Source: the human T2T-CHM13v2.0 reference genome, Homo sapiens. From it: a DNA stretch of 64,000 nt. The notes below the pieces were generated by a model that was not told where the DNA came from, did no database searches, and saw only the letters and a list, made by a program, of their open reading frames with translations. Shown one piece after another: positions 14,117-30,149 of the stretch. Both the position numbers and the translations under genes were made by a program. Numbering within the stretch: the stretch's first letter is position 1; each line of letters starts with the position of its first letter. The DNA lies in assembly GCF_009914755.1 (NCBI RefSeq), contig NC_060946.1. One strand, 5' to 3'.

Positions 14117-16795
14117 CTTGAGAGCAAAAATACACAATGAAAATGAGCAAGTTGATTTCTTTACAATTTTTTTAACTGCCAGTTTATATCCAGCTTCCCC
14201 CTCAAAAAAAGGAAAACATAATCTGGGGAAAGGTCAGTGATCTATATATTAAATTATGATTCTTGATATAATTAAAATATGTCCTCTGTTCTAAAAATAG
14301 ATTTTAGTTACCTATTTCTGCCTCCACCTGTCTAAATCTATAAAATATTCAATGAAAACTTACCTTGAGGTTTATAACAAATAGTGACAGTCAATATATT
14401 GGCAGAGCCTGACAATAATGTGCCCTCACAAATTATCTGTCCTGAAGCTGAACTTAAAATTCAATTAATGGATGACATAAATTTTGTTCCCTAAACTGGA
14501 ATAAAACTGATGACCTAAAACAAGGTAGAAAGATCCACTGTCTCTTTTCTGTGATCTGTCTCTGGATAAAAGACTAATCTACATCACTTCAAAATGGTAG
14601 TCTTGATTCCTCAGCATGGATCCAACTTAGGAAGGTCCTATTGCTTTCCTTTACCCTAAATTGGTACAGGAAAGCCCCCACAATATTTGAAATGTATGAA
14701 AGCTAAATGTACAGAAGTCAAATAGCAAAGGTGTATGTTCTTACTGAGAATACTTTTCCCAGAAATATTAAAATATTAACAATTATAAAATCCCATTATT
14801 TTCACTCTATAGGTCCTACCTTATTCAGGTCCACATAAACTAGCAAGCCCTTAAAAATTTTCATAGGCACTCAGACACCCAAGGAGAGAGACTGCGAGGA
14901 AAGAAACAGAGTCATGATAGTTGTACCTCTATTTCCCTAAGTACTATCTAAGTATATTTCTTCCTATGGACACCCACTTCCAGATTCTACTTCTGCAGGG
15001 TTCCACAGAAGTCTCCAATCTTCAAATCTTCAGTGTATAAAAGCACAGATTCCTGAAAGAATGGCCTCAAATGACCAGGAGTAGGAGCTCTCTATATCCC
15101 TGCTCCTGAAAAACAAGCTAACTGGAGTCTCCATCACCTGCCACCAGCTATACACACTACCAACTACCCAACTGAACTCCATGACTGATTTGCCAGCTAA
15201 TCATGCCCCTGACCCAGCCCACATGGACATGGGAAGGACATCAGTGAACTGTGAAAAGAGGCAGAGGTGAGGAGACACCTGTCCTGTGCCACACATCTAT
15301 GTAGTTCAGCAATTTCCAGCCCCTTAGTACTCCAGGGGCTCTAAGCCACCCCTTTGTAAGTCAGGATGGAAGTAGATGACACCACATTTCTATCTGCTGT
15401 AGACATTCTTCCCAGTGTCTCAAAATGTTTTGGCATCTTTCAGTAAAAATCTTCAAGTTTGTCAGTCCTTGATTAAAAAAAAAAAGCAGCAAAATTTTTA
15501 GAGCTCCCTTGAACCTTCTATTTTAATGTGCCTTTGTAGATAATTCCCAACATCTTGTGTCCTTCATTTTTATAATTTATCTTTATCAAACTTGTCATAA
15601 ACCCCAATACTTTGATCTCTTGTAGAAGAGTCCGTACTCCTATCCAGTCCAGTGTTGTTTATCTTCAAACTTGGACTTCCCCTGCTCATTCCATTCTTAT
15701 CTACTTCCATTGGGTTCACCAGCTAATTCCATTCTCATTCTATCCACAGGCTCACTCCCGTTTGTATTATTAAAACACACGCCAATAGGACATAAAAAGA
15801 AGCAAGAGTACTGGGCTTTACCATGAGTTCAAATCTCATTTCTGCCAATTCCTATGTCTAAAAAAAAAAGCTTCTTAATCTCTTTGAGCCTCACATTCTC
15901 TATCTAGAGAATCACTTGACAAGAATGTTCAATGCAGATAAAAATACTAGAAGGTATTTTAATTCATTCCAAGATTCCTTAAAATTCTGTAATTCTATGT
16001 CCTCTTGATTCTGTCTATAGAAAAACTTGGAATACATAGGCAGCAGAGTTTGAAAAAAATAATAGAACAAAAGAAACACCAAGAAAAACAGAGAAGAAAG
16101 TTTTAAAAAATGAAGACAAGATTATATAAAAGTCATGGAAAAAGCAACAAGACTAAAAAATGTATTATGGAAGTAAGCAGAAATACTTGCCTAAATGGAA
16201 AACCAAACTGGGAAGTCAAATAATTTGTCTCTAAGACTTGCCTAAACTTGCTTTGGTAAAACTTACAGTCCTATGGCCAAAGCTAAGTCAGATCTGCCCT
16301 AGAGCCTTTGAAGGTAAAAATAAGATACTGGTTACCACTGAAATCGTCAAATTTATTAGGACTAACCACATTCTAACAATAAACTTAAATGAGAGTTCAA
16401 GGTATTTAAACTCTCATTAATTTAGAAGTTAATCAAATTAATGAATCCGATTGATCTGATTCAGACCTATACTTTGATCCAAGGACTGCACAGATATCTA
16501 TCAATCTATGCTGAGGAGCAAGAGAAAGGATTTGGAAGGCAGGTAGGCTGATGGTCAAACTGTAGGCCAGCTACTTTGTTAACTATGGGATCATGAGGCA
16601 ATTAATCAGCTCTAATCCATAGTTGTTTATTTAACAGTAGGTTATAGGAACACAGATGTTATGATGGCTTTATGAGATGATAAATGCATAGAACATATTA
16701 GGATGTCTAGCCCAGAATACAACACTCAACAGATATTAGTTTCTTCCATCTATATTTTCTTAGTTAACATAATTTTTAAATCTATGAAATCTTAC

Positions 16796-16826
16796 CTGAC
16801 TGCAGATTCATCAGGAATTCCAACAT
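16796..16826 (-). pseudogene. ANKRD20A: ANKRD20A-family exon (31 nt), DVGIPDESAVS
   Basis: Minus strand taatag|ATGTTGG...GTCAG|gtaaga. Confidence 0.85.
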
Positions 16827-16892
16827 CTATTAAAGAAAAAGGTAAAATGCATTTTAAATCAATAATAAATGTACAGAATATTAAAATCATAA

Positions 16893-17017
16893 GAATGCAC
16901 AGTGATGCATGCCTCTAATCCTAACTACTTGGGAGGATGAGGCAGGAGGATCACTTGAGGAGCCCAGAAGTTTGAGACCAGCTTGGGAAACATAGTAAGA
17001 CTCTACCTTCATAAAAA
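16893..17017 (+). mobile_element. Alu monomer (FLAM-like)
   Basis: Single Alu arm. Confidence 0.7.
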
Positions 17018-17422
17018 AATTGTGCACACTTGTGTGTATGCTTTACATCCTGTTTGTTGTTGTTGTTGTTGTTGTTGTTTTGCTTTGGTTTGGTTTTTTA
17101 AAGCATAAGACTGACGCTTTGTTACAAAGCATTCCTTTGGGAGCATGCCTGGGATCTTATTAGAATTAACATTCATTATACATATTGGTAGGTAATTAAT
17201 GCAGTAAGAACTCTTCCCTCTGTGTTTATTAGATGCAAAGAAGAATAAATTTATTAAAATTTGGTATCTACAAGTGAACTGCAGTATACAAGTCATCCTA
17301 GCCAAAGCCTATGAGATTGAGTAAAAATGGTATTGTTAGCAGAACAGGTGTGATGAGTCAACAGTGTCAAAGAGCACGATTTCTGGACCAAAATATGAGG
17401 GGCCATTACAACAGAGTATAGA

Positions 17423-17763
17423 CTAGTACCCCTTATCCACTATATGCGCAGAAAGACATACTTGACACGTTTTTCTCTGCTGTCACACCACAGCAACAAT
17501 CATCAACAAAGAAGGCTTCTGTGACCAAATGTGTGGAGAGTTTTTCCCCACCAACAAACAAGCAATCATTCCTGCTGATGACACAATTCAATTCTCACAC
17601 CCTATCTACAGATAACATCAGATTTAATTTAATTTATAAATTAAACTTTCTCATAGATATGTATGTATAGGGAAAAACAGCTTGTGATTCAGTACTATTC
17701 ATGGTTTCATGCATGCACTGGGGGTCTTGGAATGTATCTCCCACAGTTAAGATGTAGTTACTG
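17423..17763 (+). mobile_element. MER2/Tigger-type DNA transposon remnant interrupted by an LTR-like fragment (~17470-17620)
   Basis: Terminal CCCCTTATCCAC and 3' CACTGGGGGTCTTGGAATGTATC...TACTG resemble MER2 ends. Confidence 0.6.
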
Positions 17764-18799
17764 CACTTATTTTGTTATAACACAACACAGCCTCTCTAGC
17801 TCTTCAGTTCAAACTGTTTAGTTTAGAATAAAACATGCTATCGCCAGAAACCAACAAAACATAGGAATCAGACCAGAAACAGGAATCCTTGCAAAGACTT
17901 TCCAGCCACCAGTGGAGAAGATCTCAAGAGAGATCAGTGTGTTACTCTGGCTAATACTCTTCTGGGTAAGGTGCTGGGTGGTTTCCTTAGTTGTAGCTAT
18001 TTGCTCTGGCCTACGTATAACAAGGCCCAAATTCACCTGCCATTTTACCTCCCACGAAAGAACCACTGGAAAGATCACTCCGTTAAGAGCTTATCCACAT
18101 TCAGAGAGAAGCTGAATAAACACTGGGGAGGTATGGCAGGCTGCCGGGCAATATTATCTGATGTGAAAAAATATATAGAAAGAAAACTATCAATGCCCTT
18201 TTACTACCAGAATGTTCTAATGCTTGCCCATCTCCCTAGTAGGAGAAAAAAATTTTTGCACCTCGCATAAAGCAAAACTCCCTTGTCATCTCTCATGACA
18301 GAATCTAGTTGTAGGTGAGTCATGTCATCATAATACAGGCTGTTGTCAACCTCATCCCTCAAAGGAAGAGGATCAGTGAGGAACTTATGTATTTACCTAA
18401 TAGCATTCACTGCCTGGTCTTATTTCCAACCGAAGGTAAGTATGAAAGACTTTGTGATTCCAGTTTTATAAAGCACAACCCTTTGCACTTGTCCCCTTCC
18501 ATTGCTAAAAAGTCTATCTGGACCCACCTCACAGAGCAAGATGCTTCAGGTTGTGCTGTGTAGTACGGTGTGGTGTCCTTTTCCTCAACCCTTTCTATTA
18601 TGTGCCACATATCTATACAAATCATGTTTTCTAAGTATGTAAATCATATCTCAACAGAATACATCATTCTTTACAATGATAAAGAAGCAAAAGAAAAACA
18701 AAAGGACAAAGAACATCTTAAATGACTACATTCAACTGCCATGGAGCTTTAATTTTTTAACTACTCAAAAAGATATCCATTCTTCTTATTCCAACTATA

Positions 18800-19212
18800 T
18801 GACTCTTCTGAAAAAAGTAAAACTATGAAGACAGAGTAAACATCAATTGTTGTCACGAGTTGCTAGGGAGAAAGGGAGAGATGAACAGGCATAGCACAGA
18901 GAATTTTTAGGGCGGTGAAACTGTTCTGTCGATAATATTACAGTAATAGATACATGTCATGTCATTATACATTTGTCCAAATTCACAGAATGTACAGCAT
19001 CAAGAGTGAGGCCTGATGTAAACTATGAACTTCAAGTGATTATAATGTGTCAATGTAAGTTCATCAGTTGTAACAAATGGACCACTCTCTGGTGGAAAAT
19101 ATTAATAATGGGGGAGGCTATGCGTGTGTGGGAGGCATGGGATATATGAGAAATCTCTGTACCTTCCTCTCAATTTTGCTGTGAACCTAAAACTACTCTA
19201 AGAAATAAGGTT
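18800..19212 (+). mobile_element. Old L1M (L1MC-like) 3' end
   Basis: Typical 3'UTR text CATTATACATTTGTCCAAA...TTTTGCTGTGAACCTAAAACTACTCT. Confidence 0.75.
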
Positions 19213-19234
19213 ATTGATTGAAAAAAAATATTCA

Positions 19235-19908
<674 letters not shown>

Positions 19909-20459
19909 AGATATTCACTGAACCTGTTACTATGATATATTTAAGCAAGACACGGTGACCCTAAAAATTAGAGATCATTGAAGACCAAAGTAACAACACG
20001 TGGTCATTATTTCTCAAATTGAAGTATATAAAATATATAAAATAAATAAATTTAATTGCATGCTTAGGTAAGAAAATATTGATAAAAATGATTGAATATT
20101 TTATCTTATTTCATAATTCTAAGCAGGGCTTTAGCACAATATGAAAACTAGATTATTCATGTAATCCAAATAAAAGACAATTTTTATTCTAATTTTAACT
20201 CAGAAATTATTTTGCTTATTTAACAATTTTACTGAAAGGTAAATGAGATAAATAGGACAGATTATAATTACATAACATTGTTATGGTAACTTATGTACAA
20301 ATAGCTGTTCGTCACTGAAAGTCAAAAAAGTAACCAGCGCTGCAACTTAAGATGGATCATACAACAGAAATTAGTACCAAGTTACCTTATCTTATAATAT
20401 TATGTTATTAAAATGAAATTTTAAAACAACACCAAAAATTAAGTTGGGGCTATACAAAG

Positions 20460-20618
20460 TGTGCAGAAAAGATTTCATATAACAGGCAAGAGACTGCCAT
20501 CCTTAGAAAGGCCTGCATGCAAGGCTGGCCCTTGGCTGGTGTTTAGGAAATTGGAATTGGGAGGGTTTCCACCATTCCCTGAGAAGAGTGGCTCACTGTG
20601 TCTAAAGTTTTTATAGAA
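20460..20618 (+). mobile_element. Truncated ERV LTR 5' portion, abutting the ASNS exon break
   Basis: Begins TGTGCAGAAAAG; contains CCTTAGAAAGGCCTGC..GGCCCTTGGCTGG LTR-like motifs; subfamily not assigned. Confidence 0.55.
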
Positions 20619-21431
20619 ACCGCCAATGGGTGAAATCCAAAGCAGCAGCTGGTGTATCCATTAACATTCTCAAAACAGGATGCATCTGGACCCCTGTGTG
20701 CAATCTTCATAGCACACAGACACTAAATAGAAAGGCAGTCATTGCTGCCAAACAGGACCCAAATGCCACACACAGTGCAATGAAGCTATAAGCTCCCTAT
20801 GGAGAGAAAAGTAGACAAATAAAAAATATTCAATATCCAATCCAAGTCCACATTAAATCTTGATTCCAGAAACGTGCATTAACCACTTCAAATACTAAAA
20901 TTTAAACCATCTTTTCTATAGCGATTTCCCATTTGGTTGGCAGGCATACAGGAGTAGAGAATGATTTAATTTACTTACAAGTATTCAGAAAAGATAGTGA
21001 CCTCTACATTCAACCAGCTACAGCAGCTTAGCACCCAGCCAAAGCCTGCATCTCTCCCACCTTAAGATTTAGTGGTTGGCTAGAATTAGCAGCATCCAGG
21101 CCACATCTATCTCTGCATTCTAAGTTTGCTTCCAAGATAAAGATACAAATGCAGGCTGGCTCCAACCTAGTCAGAGATCCCAGCCCCACTCTCTGCATCC
21201 CAAAATCCCTCAAAGACCCAAGAGACTTTCCAGATTTCTACAGTCTCCTCACAGGTTCCCATGACAGTTAAATGCCCTCTCTTTACCTCAACTAGCTGCA
21301 GGTAGAATATAATGTGTACAACAGAAAATCACTGTAAGTGTAATATGAAGATAAACAGCCCTTTTAAGCATTTCATTATATTACATCTAGCTTACTTCTA
21401 AGTGATTTATTCAGATGTGACTGAAGAAAGT
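20619..21431 (-). pseudogene. ASNS: Unprocessed ASNS (asparagine synthetase) pseudogene fragment: 36-nt 5'UTR exon (21396-21431) and 3'-truncated first coding exon (20619-20796)
   Basis: Translation [51 protein letters not shown] versus [56 protein letters not shown]. Start ATG>GTG at 20771-20773, Q17>TAG at 20723-20725. Intron acceptor ctctccatag retained. Confidence 0.92.
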
Positions 21432-22534
21432 CTAAAGGGAAAAAAAGCAATTTAATTTGATAAATTAAATTATCAATTATAGCCAAATTATTTGGCTATA
21501 ACAAATTAAACATTTTAAGCAGACAGAAGATGCAAACATTTTAAGTTGACAGAAGATATAAAATGTTCACTATCAAAACATCGCAACTGATAAAAATGTT
21601 CTCAAATATTTCTGTCTCAAACTTGCATTGTTCATTAAGGAAGCAAAATAGGTGGGACATACACAGCAACAACATCCCTCAAAAAACACCTTGGCTCATT
21701 CCTATAAGCCAGGCAGCAAATACATCATCCTTACATATGTTAATTACCTTCCAATTTCAAATTCTCAACTGTGAAATAAAGGGCCATTTTACTTGGCTGC
21801 TTCCAGTTCAATATGACTGTTTTTATTAAAACATCTCTAACTTGAAAAATATTTGGTGTTTTCTAAAAAACTGCAAATTGCCACAAATGGCCAGATAATT
21901 TGGAATAAACACCCTACAGAAAAAAATATATATTCAAGTTGCATAAGTCACTTTGAGCAATCCTTTGAAGATATTTCATTTATATCTAAATGAACCACAG
22001 GTTTAGCTGGCTTTTCCGGAAAACCAGAAGCAAATAATGTATGATTATAATGAAAACCATCTCAAGCAATTTTGAAATGAAGTACCACATGTCTTATGCT
22101 GTCCCTTCCATGCACTTGACAAAACAGCCTATAACAAATTGTTTACTTTGAGATTTAGCAGGAAAATTCCATGAGGTTTAAATGAGATGACTACTAATAA
22201 GCCATCTACCTTTGACTCTATTCCAATTAAAAATGGGTTAGGAAAGTGCTTTGAAAATCAAGTGTGTTCATCAGGGAATCATTTACCTAAGTCTTCTTAA
22301 CACTGCTTAGTGAATATTAAGCCTGATATAGTAAATACACGCTAACCACTAAATTGAAGGGGAAAGAGGGAGAACAAAGAGACACGTAAAGTACACTTAC
22401 TTTTTCTAGTAGGAAAAAGCCAATTAAAACTATCACCTATTAGTTTTATTGGAATCAGTCTTACAGGAGTTCAAACTTCCTACTGTCGCTACCTATTCTC
22501 AATATTTTTCTTATTTCTTCCTAAACTTCTAGAG

Positions 22535-22835
22535 CCGTGCTGTCCAATAAATATGTGAGCCACATATGTAATTTTAAATGTACTAGTAAACCCCATTAAA
22601 AGGTGAAATTAATTTTAAATATACTTAACTCAGTATGTCCCAAATAGTAATCATAGTAATAATTTTAACATGTAATCAATATAAAAAATTATCAAGCAGA
22701 TATTCTACGCTGTTCTTCCCACTCCAATGACAAAATCCAGTATATATAACACAACACATCTCAATTAGGACTAGCCAGGATTTCAAGTGCTCAACAGTTA
22801 CAGGTGGCTAGTGCCTACTGAATTGGACACTGCAG
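22535..22835. mobile_element. MER33/MER3-like hAT-Charlie DNA transposon remnant
   Basis: Terminal inverted motifs GCTGTCCAAT ... ATTGGACACTGC; internal GCCACATATG and TCAAGTGCTCAA. Confidence 0.7.
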
Positions 22836-23468
22836 TTTCAGTGCATTGAATTTCTATCCCACTTAGCGCTAATTAAAACTTCACCCTCTCACCTGATAAT
22901 TATGTTAAGATCTCAGAAAGTAACCCACTACAGGCAGTTTCAAGCCCTAATTTACCTCTAATTACTCTTACAGCAATGCAATGAATCATGATTTAAAATT
23001 TTAAAAAAAATTGCTGTTAAATTATTAGTCAAGAGCCCAGGGCAATGGACAGTAAAGAAATAATGTAGGCCATGGGCCGAGATGACAAAACGGTCCTTTT
23101 ATTTAAAGCTATAACAATAATCTGAAGCCAGCCCTGTAAAATAGACATCCATTGAAAAAGGCATGCTAGTTCTTTTGCTTTTTTGTGTACTTGGCCTCCT
23201 GTGTCCCTAAACAGATCTCTTCTCAGCAGGGTTTGCTCAGCAAGTCACTTGTTGAGTCTTGCGGTCAACAGAGGGCGTAGGGAATGGCAGGGGCTGGCAT
23301 AGGAGTGAGGGGGAGGAGGCAAGGTGAGGGGGGCCAGGTGAGGAGGGGGGCACTTGAAGGGGAGTTCAAGACCAGCCTGGGCAACATGGTGAGACCACCG
23401 CCCCTCACCGCTGCCATCTCTGGTCTCACTCTGGTCTCTCACACATGCACAAATTAAATTTAATTTAA

Positions 23469-23827
<359 letters not shown>

Positions 23828-24686
23828 GTATACATTCATTTTGTAGAACTATAGATCCCATGTAACTGGGAACTCTTTACTCTTCTAACACAACATTTAT
23901 TTAGCCACAAATAAAAGACCAGTGATGTAGCCTGTACACAAAAAAGTAAGAAAACACTGGTTAGGCTGGGACAGGGGTAGGGGAAAGAGATCTACAAAAT
24001 TAAAATTTTATTGGGAAGGATCACTAATTAGAATCAGAACAATTACTGCTTTAAAGTAGTTAAGAACAGAGCACAAGGAACCCAGAGAAGAAGCAGATAT
24101 GATTCAGAGCAGAGCTTACAGAGCAGATGGTATCTGAGCCGAGACTGATAGAATAACATTAATAAGGGCATTCACGGCCATTTATTATCACTTAACTGCA
24201 ATGCATTTTGTATAAGTTATTTCTACTCTTCATATCAACCATGGAAAATAATACTTATTCTTCTCTTTTGAAGTTAAAGAAGTGGTAAGTGGTCTAAGAA
24301 GATAAATTAACATACCAACACCATATAGCTCAAGTTCAGTGACTCAAGAGGGCCCGCGTCTCCCCAAGAGGTTGCTCAGCAGGCAGGCGAGGTAGAGAGC
24401 CCTTCCAAGAAGTGACAGTGAGATGTGAAAGGTCTCAGTGTGTCTCTGAGAACAACAGAAACCAGTATGTAGACCAAGTGGGAAAAGCCACGGAAGAGGC
24501 AGGGATTTCCTCTTAAGATAGCAAGAATAAACAGAGCAGGGCTGAGGGAAGCCATAGAAAACGGGCAGAATACCATGCACTTAGTGAGAAAAAAACAGCT
24601 TTTACTTTAGAAAGGGGGAAAGAATGGTGGTGGTCTAGGTAAGCCTAGAAGCAGAGGAAAGGGCAATGGAGAAAAAATAAACAAAA

Positions 24687-25088
24687 TGTATGAGTCAGGG
24701 TTCTCCAGAGGTACAGAACCAACAAGATACACGTATATGTATAAGGGAGTTTACGAGAGAGAATTGGTTCACACGGTTAGAAGGCAGTCCCACAATAGGC
24801 TGTCTGCCAGGTAGGGAAAGAGAGAAGCTAGTAGTGGCTCAGTCCAAGTCCAAAAGCCTCAAAACCAGGAAAACCCGCAGTGCAGTCTTCAGTATGAGGC
24901 CGAGGGCCTGAGAGCCTCGGGAAAGCCGCTGGTGCAAGTCCGAGAGTCCAAAGGCATAAGAACCTGGAGTCTCATGTCCGAGGGCAGGAAGAAGGGAAGC
25001 AAGTGTCCTGCACGGGAAGAAGAAAAAAAGAGAGCCAGAAGCTTCAGCTAGCAAGATTATCCCATCTTCCTCCGCCTGCTTTATTCTA
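24687..25088 (-). mobile_element. MLT2 (HERV-L) LTR, truncated at the satellite junction
   Basis: TGTATGAGTCAGGGTTCTCCAGAG...CCCACAATAGGCTGTCTGC...CCTGCTTTATTCTA matches reverse MLT2A/B. Confidence 0.8.
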
Positions 25089-25094
25089 TACAGT

Positions 25095-27228
<2,134 letters not shown>

Positions 27229-27765
27229 ATAGAATGAGTTTCTAGAATATATTTGAGGAGGGTGACGGGCGGTGTGTGCATGCTTCATGGCCTTATTCAA
27301 TTAAACACTCTGCTCTCAATTTATTGCTAAATCCTCCTTGAGCCCTTAGATTTCATAACGGTTGTCGCGACATTTTTCTGGATGTAGAAAACGTTCCCAT
27401 TTCTTGCCACCTCATGGGCTACACCTTGACCTAAAGTTTTTGTGTAGATACTTGTGCTTACTCTGCAGCCTTTCCAGGGTTTGCTGAAGATGGAGGTATT
27501 TAGGCTGGGCAAGAGGTGGTGAGGTAAATTGGGGTTTATCGATTATAGAACAGGCTCCTTTAGAGGGATATAAAGCACCGCCAAGTCCTTTGAGTTTTAA
27601 GCTGTTGCTTGTAGTGTTCTGGCGAACAGTTTTTTTGATCTAACTATTTGAGTTTAGAGTTAAGCATAGCGGGGTATCTACTCCCAGTTTGGATCTTAGC
27701 TATTTTGTCTTCAGAATATTAAAGGCACCTTCGTAGTTATTTCAGCTGGGGTTTTTTTACAACTT
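27229..27765 (-). pseudogene. MT-RNR1: NUMT piece 1: mitochondrial 12S rRNA 3' half
   Basis: Contains GAGGGTGACGGGCGGTGTGT, CGCCAAGTCCTTTGAGTTTTAAGC and GGGGTATCTA-TCCCAGTTT (reverse 12S motifs). Confidence 0.93.
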
Positions 27766-27828
27766 TTTTACAACTTATTTAGAAACTTTCAGGTTTCTAA
27801 ATATATGAATGAACCATAATATAAGCCT

Positions 27829-28877
27829 TGGCCAATACAATGCCGGTTAGGCCTCCTACTGTAAAAAGGAAAACAAATCCCCGGGCTCACAGCATTGCGG
27901 GGGATCATTTGATATTACCGCCGTGAAGTGTAGCTAGCTAGTCAGCTAAAAACTTTGATGCTAGTAGGAATAGCAATAATTATAATAGCAGAGGTGAAGC
28001 AGGCTCATGTATCCACATCTATCCCTACCGTAAATATACGGTGGGCCCATACAATAAACCGTAAGGATCCAACTGATCCTATAGCTCACACTAGGCCCAT
28101 ATACCTGAATGGTTCTTTTCCAGAATAGTATGTTACGACGTGGGAAATTATCCCAAAGCCCAGTGGGATGAGGATGTAGACTTCAGGGTGACCAAAGAAT
28201 CTGAATAAATGCTGAAATAAGATAGGATCACCTCCGCCAGCCAGGTAGAAAAAAATAGTATTAAGATTGCAGTCAGTTAACAATATAGTGATGCTGGCGG
28301 CTAGGACTCGGAGACAAAGGAGTAGAAGAACTGCTGTAATTAGGACTAATCAGATGAAGAGGGGTGTGTGATATTGGGACATGGCTGGGGGTTTTATATT
28401 AACAATTGTGGTAATAAAGTTAATAGCCCCTGAAGTAGAAGAAACACCTGTCAAGTGGAGTGAAAAGATAGTGAAACCTACAGAGGCGCCTGCATGTGTT
28501 AGGTTTCCTGCTAAGGGAGGAGAGACTGTTCAGCCGGTTCCAGTGCCGGCTTCTACTATAGTGGATGCAAGTAATAATAGGAAGGAGGGTGGGAGGAGTC
28601 AGAAGCTCATATTATTTATGCAGAGAAATGCTATATCGGGGGCGCCAATTATCGGGGGACTAATCAGTTGCCAAGACCTCCAATTATAGTATTACTATAA
28701 AGAAAATTATGACAAATGCATAGGCTATAACAATGACATAAATTTGATCATCTAGTAGAGTTCAGCTCGAATAAGGCTTAAAGCTGTACTGACTATCCCT
28801 GCTCATGTGCCAAATAATAAATATAATGTCCCGATATCTTTATGGTTGGTTGAGATTAGTCAACTGTCAGCCAACAT
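27829..28877 (-). pseudogene. MT-CO1: NUMT piece 2: MT-CO1 5' two-thirds, degenerate
   Basis: [42 protein letters not shown] (ORF 28086-28283); GFVFLFTVGGLTGIVLA at the left end; ATG at 28875-28877; indels present. Confidence 0.95.
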
Positions 28878-28896
28878 AAATGAAGTGAGAAAAAAG

Positions 28897-29176
28897 GGTA
28901 AAATGACTGAGTAGGGCATTAGACTGTACATCTAAAAACAGAGGTCAACGCCTGTTTTTACCAGTCCCAAGGTGATTTTCATGTTGAATTGTAAATTCAA
29001 AGAAGCAGCTTCAATCCTGCTTCTCTCACCTTTTTTCCCCCAGCGGCTGGAGAAGTAGATTCAAACCAGTTGACTAGGGAGTTTAGCTGTTAAGTTTTCA
29101 TGGGTTTAAGCCTCATCAATTTAGTAAGGACTTAGCTTACTTAAAGTGATTGATCTGTATTCAATTGACCAAGGGT
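28897..29176 (+). pseudogene. NUMT piece 2 continued: pseudo tRNA-Tyr (28897-28963), tRNA-Cys (~28963-29022), OL (~29020-29055), tRNA-Asn (~29056-29124), partial tRNA-Ala (~29125-29176)
   Basis: Mitochondrial WANCY order adjacent to the CO1 start; GGTAAAATGACTGAG, GGTGATTTTCATGTTGAATT, CTTCTC...GAGAAG stem. Confidence 0.88.
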
Positions 29177-29186
29177 GTTCTGTATC

Positions 29187-29783
29187 TGAGAAAGTACATT
29201 TCAGGGTCACCATACAACAACTGTTCAAAAAGGCCTCCAATATGGGACAGTCCTATTTATTATCTCAGAAATATTCCTCTTCGCTGGATTCTTTTGAGCA
29301 TTCTACCATTCTAGCTTAGCCCCTACTCCAGAATTAGGAGGGCATTGACCCCCAACAGGTATTTCTCCCCTTGACCTCCTGGAAGTACCTCTCCTGAATC
29401 CATCTGTATTACTTGCATCAGGAGTTTCAATTACTTGAGCCCATCACAGCCTAACAAAAAATAATCAAAAACATGCAAGCCAAGCACTACCTGTTACAAT
29501 TATATTAGATATTTACTTCACCCTCCTACAAGTCTCAGAATACTTCAAAGCTCCCTTTGCTATTTCTGATGGTATTTATGGCTCAACATTTTTTTATAGC
29601 TACAGGCTTTCACAGAATTCACGTCATTATTGGATCAACGTTCCTCAATCTGCCTTCTCCGCCAATTAAAATACCACTTTACATCTAGTCGTCACTTTGC
29701 CTTTGAAGCCGCTGCCTGATATCAACACTTTGTAGATGTAGTATGACTATTCTTGTATGTTTCTATTTATTGATGAGGATCTT
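29187..29783 (+). pseudogene. MT-CO3: NUMT piece 3: MT-CO3 (5'-truncated), inverted relative to pieces 1-2
   Basis: In mitochondrial code: [19 protein letters not shown]...[27 protein letters not shown]...SIYWWGS. Confidence 0.93.
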
Positions 29784-30149
29784 ACTCTTTTAGTGTAAAT
29801 AGTACCATGATTTCCAAAGTTTTGATAGCATCCGAAAAACAGTAATTCACCTAACATTAACCCTAGTAATCAACACCCTATTAGCCCTGTTACTAATAAT
29901 TATTACATTTTGGCTCCCACAACTTAATATATATATGTAGAGAGAGAGAAAAATATATATATATGTATAAAATAAATATATATAGAAAAATCTAGCCCTT
30001 ATGAATGCAGATTTGACCCTCTATCCTCTGCCCACATTCCCTTCTCCATAAAATTCTTTCTAGTAGCCATCACATTTCCCCATTTGAGTTAGAATTCGCC
30101 CTACTACTACCCTTACTGTGAGCCCTTCAAACAATCTGATACTAATAAT
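29784..30149 (+). pseudogene. MT-ND3: NUMT piece 3 continued: pseudo tRNA-Gly (~29785-29844) and MT-ND3 5' part with AT-microsatellite expansion (~29926-29985)
   Basis: ACTCTTTTAGTGTAAATAGTACC; ITFWLPQLN...[11 protein letters not shown]...[13 protein letters not shown]. Confidence 0.9.

Noticed and set aside
28897-29844. Functional tRNA genes
   Set aside because: Mitochondrial-type pseudo-tRNAs with deletions and altered anticodon loops inside a NUMT.
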